Source of the DNA: a virus
Length of the DNA stretch: 64,000 nucleotides
Virus record (IMG/VR): IMGVR_UViG_3300043773_002546
Coordinates: 64,001 to 128,000 of that record
Strand: one strand, 5' to 3'
Part shown: positions 62,362-64,000 of the stretch, one piece after another
Layout: each line of letters starts with the position of its first letter
How positions within the stretch are numbered: the stretch's first letter is position 1
Translations under genes and position numbers: made by a program
The notes under the pieces: generated by a model
Seen by the model: only the letters and a program-made list of their open reading frames with translations
Told to the model about the DNA's origin: nothing
Databases searched by the model: none

Positions 62362-62946
62362 GTGAAAGACAAAATTTTAGCGCTGCGCGCCGCAGGCCGG
62401 ACGTACAACGAAATCGCCGCAGAATTAGGAGTATCAAAGGGCTCGATCAGCTATCACTGCGGCGAAGGGCAAAAGGACAAAACGCGACGACGCAGGATCG
62501 CAGCACGAAAAATGGCACACCCGCTGACGCGCAAGATCGAAAATTTCTGCCTAGATTTTCGCCGGTCGCGTACGACGCACAAACTTTTGTACCGCAAGAT
62601 GGTTTCGTTTTGTCGTGAAAAAACAGGGAAGTTCACAAGCGACATGGCAACCTTTACAATTCCGCAGCTGCTTGAAAAAATTGGCGACGACCCAAAATGC
62701 GCTTTGACCGGGCGCCCCGTTGATTTGCTGGACGCGTCGTCGTACGCGCTTGATCATGTTGTTCCCCGCGCAAAAGGCGGCGCCAACTCCCTCGACAACT
62801 GCCAGCTTGTGTGCAGCGCCGCAAACCAAGCAAAACACGATATGCTGCAGGACGAATTCGTCAAATTGTGCGAAGAGGTCGTAGCGCACGCGCAGCGGCA
62901 GAAATACCTGCCCCTGGAAGCATATACAGGCAAGTGTGGCACATGA
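62362..62946 (+). CDS. HNH endonuclease with N-terminal HTH
   Basis: GRTYNEIAAELGVSKGSI HTH; CALTG; DHVVPRAKGG...N...C..AN.AK. Confidence 0.85.
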   Translation: MKDKILALRAAGRTYNEIAAELGVSKGSISYHCGEGQKDKTRRRRIAARKMAHPLTRKIENFCLDFRRSRTTHKLLYRKMVSFCREKTGKFTSDMATFTIPQLLEKIGDDPKCALTGRPVDLLDASSYALDHVVPRAKGGANSLDNCQLVCSAANQAKHDMLQDEFVKLCEEVVAHAQRQKYLPLEAYTGKCGT

Positions 62947-63425
62947 CGCATGATGCGGTTTATTTGCGCGAAGCGTGCCGCGTAGCTGCGCTGGAAAGCC
63001 AGGATCCGCGTACGCAAAACGGCGCCTTGCTGCGAGCGCGCAACGGTATTGTAATTACGGCGGCCAATCAACTGCCGTCGATTGTGCCCATTCGCGACCG
63101 GCTGCACACCGACGCCAAGTATGCCTACCTTGAGCACGCCGAGCGGCACGTGATTTACAAAGCCGCCCGCGCCGGAATCGCCACGCACGACGCCACGCTG
63201 TACTGCCCGTGGTTTGCCTGCGCTGACTGCGCCCGGGCGATCATTCTGGCGGGTATCTCTCGGGTGGTGGGCCACGCCAAGGCGCGGGCGCTTACGCCTG
63301 AGCGCTGGCAGGCCACAATCGCCACAGCCGACACCATGCTGCACGAGGTGGGCGTGGAGCTGCTGCTTTTGGACGAGTCGTTGGGCACAAGTTTTCTTTT
63401 CAACGGGCAGCTGCTGGAGCTGTGA
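62943..63425 (+). CDS. dCMP deaminase
   Basis: SQDPRTQNGA; HAE; CPWFACADCARAIILAGI; ATGA overlap. Confidence 0.9.
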   Translation: MTHDAVYLREACRVAALESQDPRTQNGALLRARNGIVITAANQLPSIVPIRDRLHTDAKYAYLEHAERHVIYKAARAGIATHDATLYCPWFACADCARAIILAGISRVVGHAKARALTPERWQATIATADTMLHEVGVELLLLDESLGTSFLFNGQLLEL

Positions 63426-63447
63426 CCGGTAGGAAACAGGAAAGCAT

Positions 63448-63978
63448 ATGAAACGGCGAGATGATCTTGGTCCGTGGATGACGGATCGCGGCTACAAAAT
63501 CGCAGCGGAAATCGGCGTGTGGCGCGGAGAATTTTCTGCGCGTGTACTCAGCACGTGGGGCGGGCAGCTGCACATGGTCGACGCCTGGAGGCACCTGGAA
63601 AACTATCAGGACATGTGCAACTTACCGGACGCTGAACACGAAAAGTGTTTTCAGCGGGCGCTGTCTGTTGCCGAAGCGTTTACGCCCCGCGCCGTCGTAT
63701 TGCGCGAGCTTTCGCCGGTAGCGGCAAACAGTTTTTCGGACGGGTTCTTTGACCTGGTGTATCTGGACGCAAATCACAGCTACGAGGCTGTGATGGCGGA
63801 TCTGCGGGCCTGGACGGCAAAGGTCCGTGCTGGCGGCGTTGTGTGCGGACACGACTACCTGGACGGCGTGCGCAAAGAAGGCGTCTTTGGCGTCAAAACA
63901 GCTGTAAACGAGTTTTTTGGTCGTCCGCCCGAACTTGTGACTGAAGAGCAGTATCCGAGCTGGTTTTACACGCTGTGA
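63448..63978 (+). CDS. Class I SAM methyltransferase (Methyltransf_24-like), stand-alone paralog
   Basis: EIGVWRG; VDAW; YLDANHSY; GHDY; close DNA similarity to the 52039 C-terminal domain. Confidence 0.88.
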   Translation: MKRRDDLGPWMTDRGYKIAAEIGVWRGEFSARVLSTWGGQLHMVDAWRHLENYQDMCNLPDAEHEKCFQRALSVAEAFTPRAVVLRELSPVAANSFSDGFFDLVYLDANHSYEAVMADLRAWTAKVRAGGVVCGHDYLDGVRKEGVFGVKTAVNEFFGRPPELVTEEQYPSWFYTL

Positions 63979-64000
63979 CGCCGTACCGTAAAACCACCAT

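Noticed and set aside
80-63978. Stop-codon reassignment
   Set aside because: Conserved enzymes are full length under the standard code; TAA, TAG and TGA all end genes; no suppressor tRNA was found

Overview
This 64-kb window is a segment of a large, GC-rich dsDNA bacteriophage genome (about 60% GC by eye). Every credible gene lies on the + strand, and many are joined by ATGA or TGATG overlaps. It encodes replication and recombination functions (primase, family-A DNA polymerase with an N-terminal UDG-like domain, probable SSB, RecA, RuvC), nucleotide metabolism (dTMP kinase, thymidine kinase, dCMP deaminase, MazG-like), a probable portal, two beta-solenoid fibre proteins, a SNF2 helicase, four tRNAs and a complete tmRNA. 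It also carries about ten glycan-modifying genes, including glycosyltransferases, O-methyltransferases, a sulfotransferase and a BAHT/TibC-like heptosyltransferase. Three patterns are not explained by this gene list. (1) A palindrome, WWTGATATCAWW (best copy CTCATTGATATCAATGAG), occurs 14 times plus 2 degenerate copies, roughly every 2-10 kb, in intergenic sites and in different reading frames. (2) A sigma28-like promoter motif, GCTAAA-N14-CGGGCATAT, and a post-terminator motif, TAGCTATCAGC, both recur. (3) A set of Gly/Ala-rich proteins is divided into modules by repeated K-x-A motifs, which suggests protease-processed virion polyproteins. All family assignments come from motif recognition by eye and need HMM confirmation. 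The host is unknown; a planctomycete is a weak guess.
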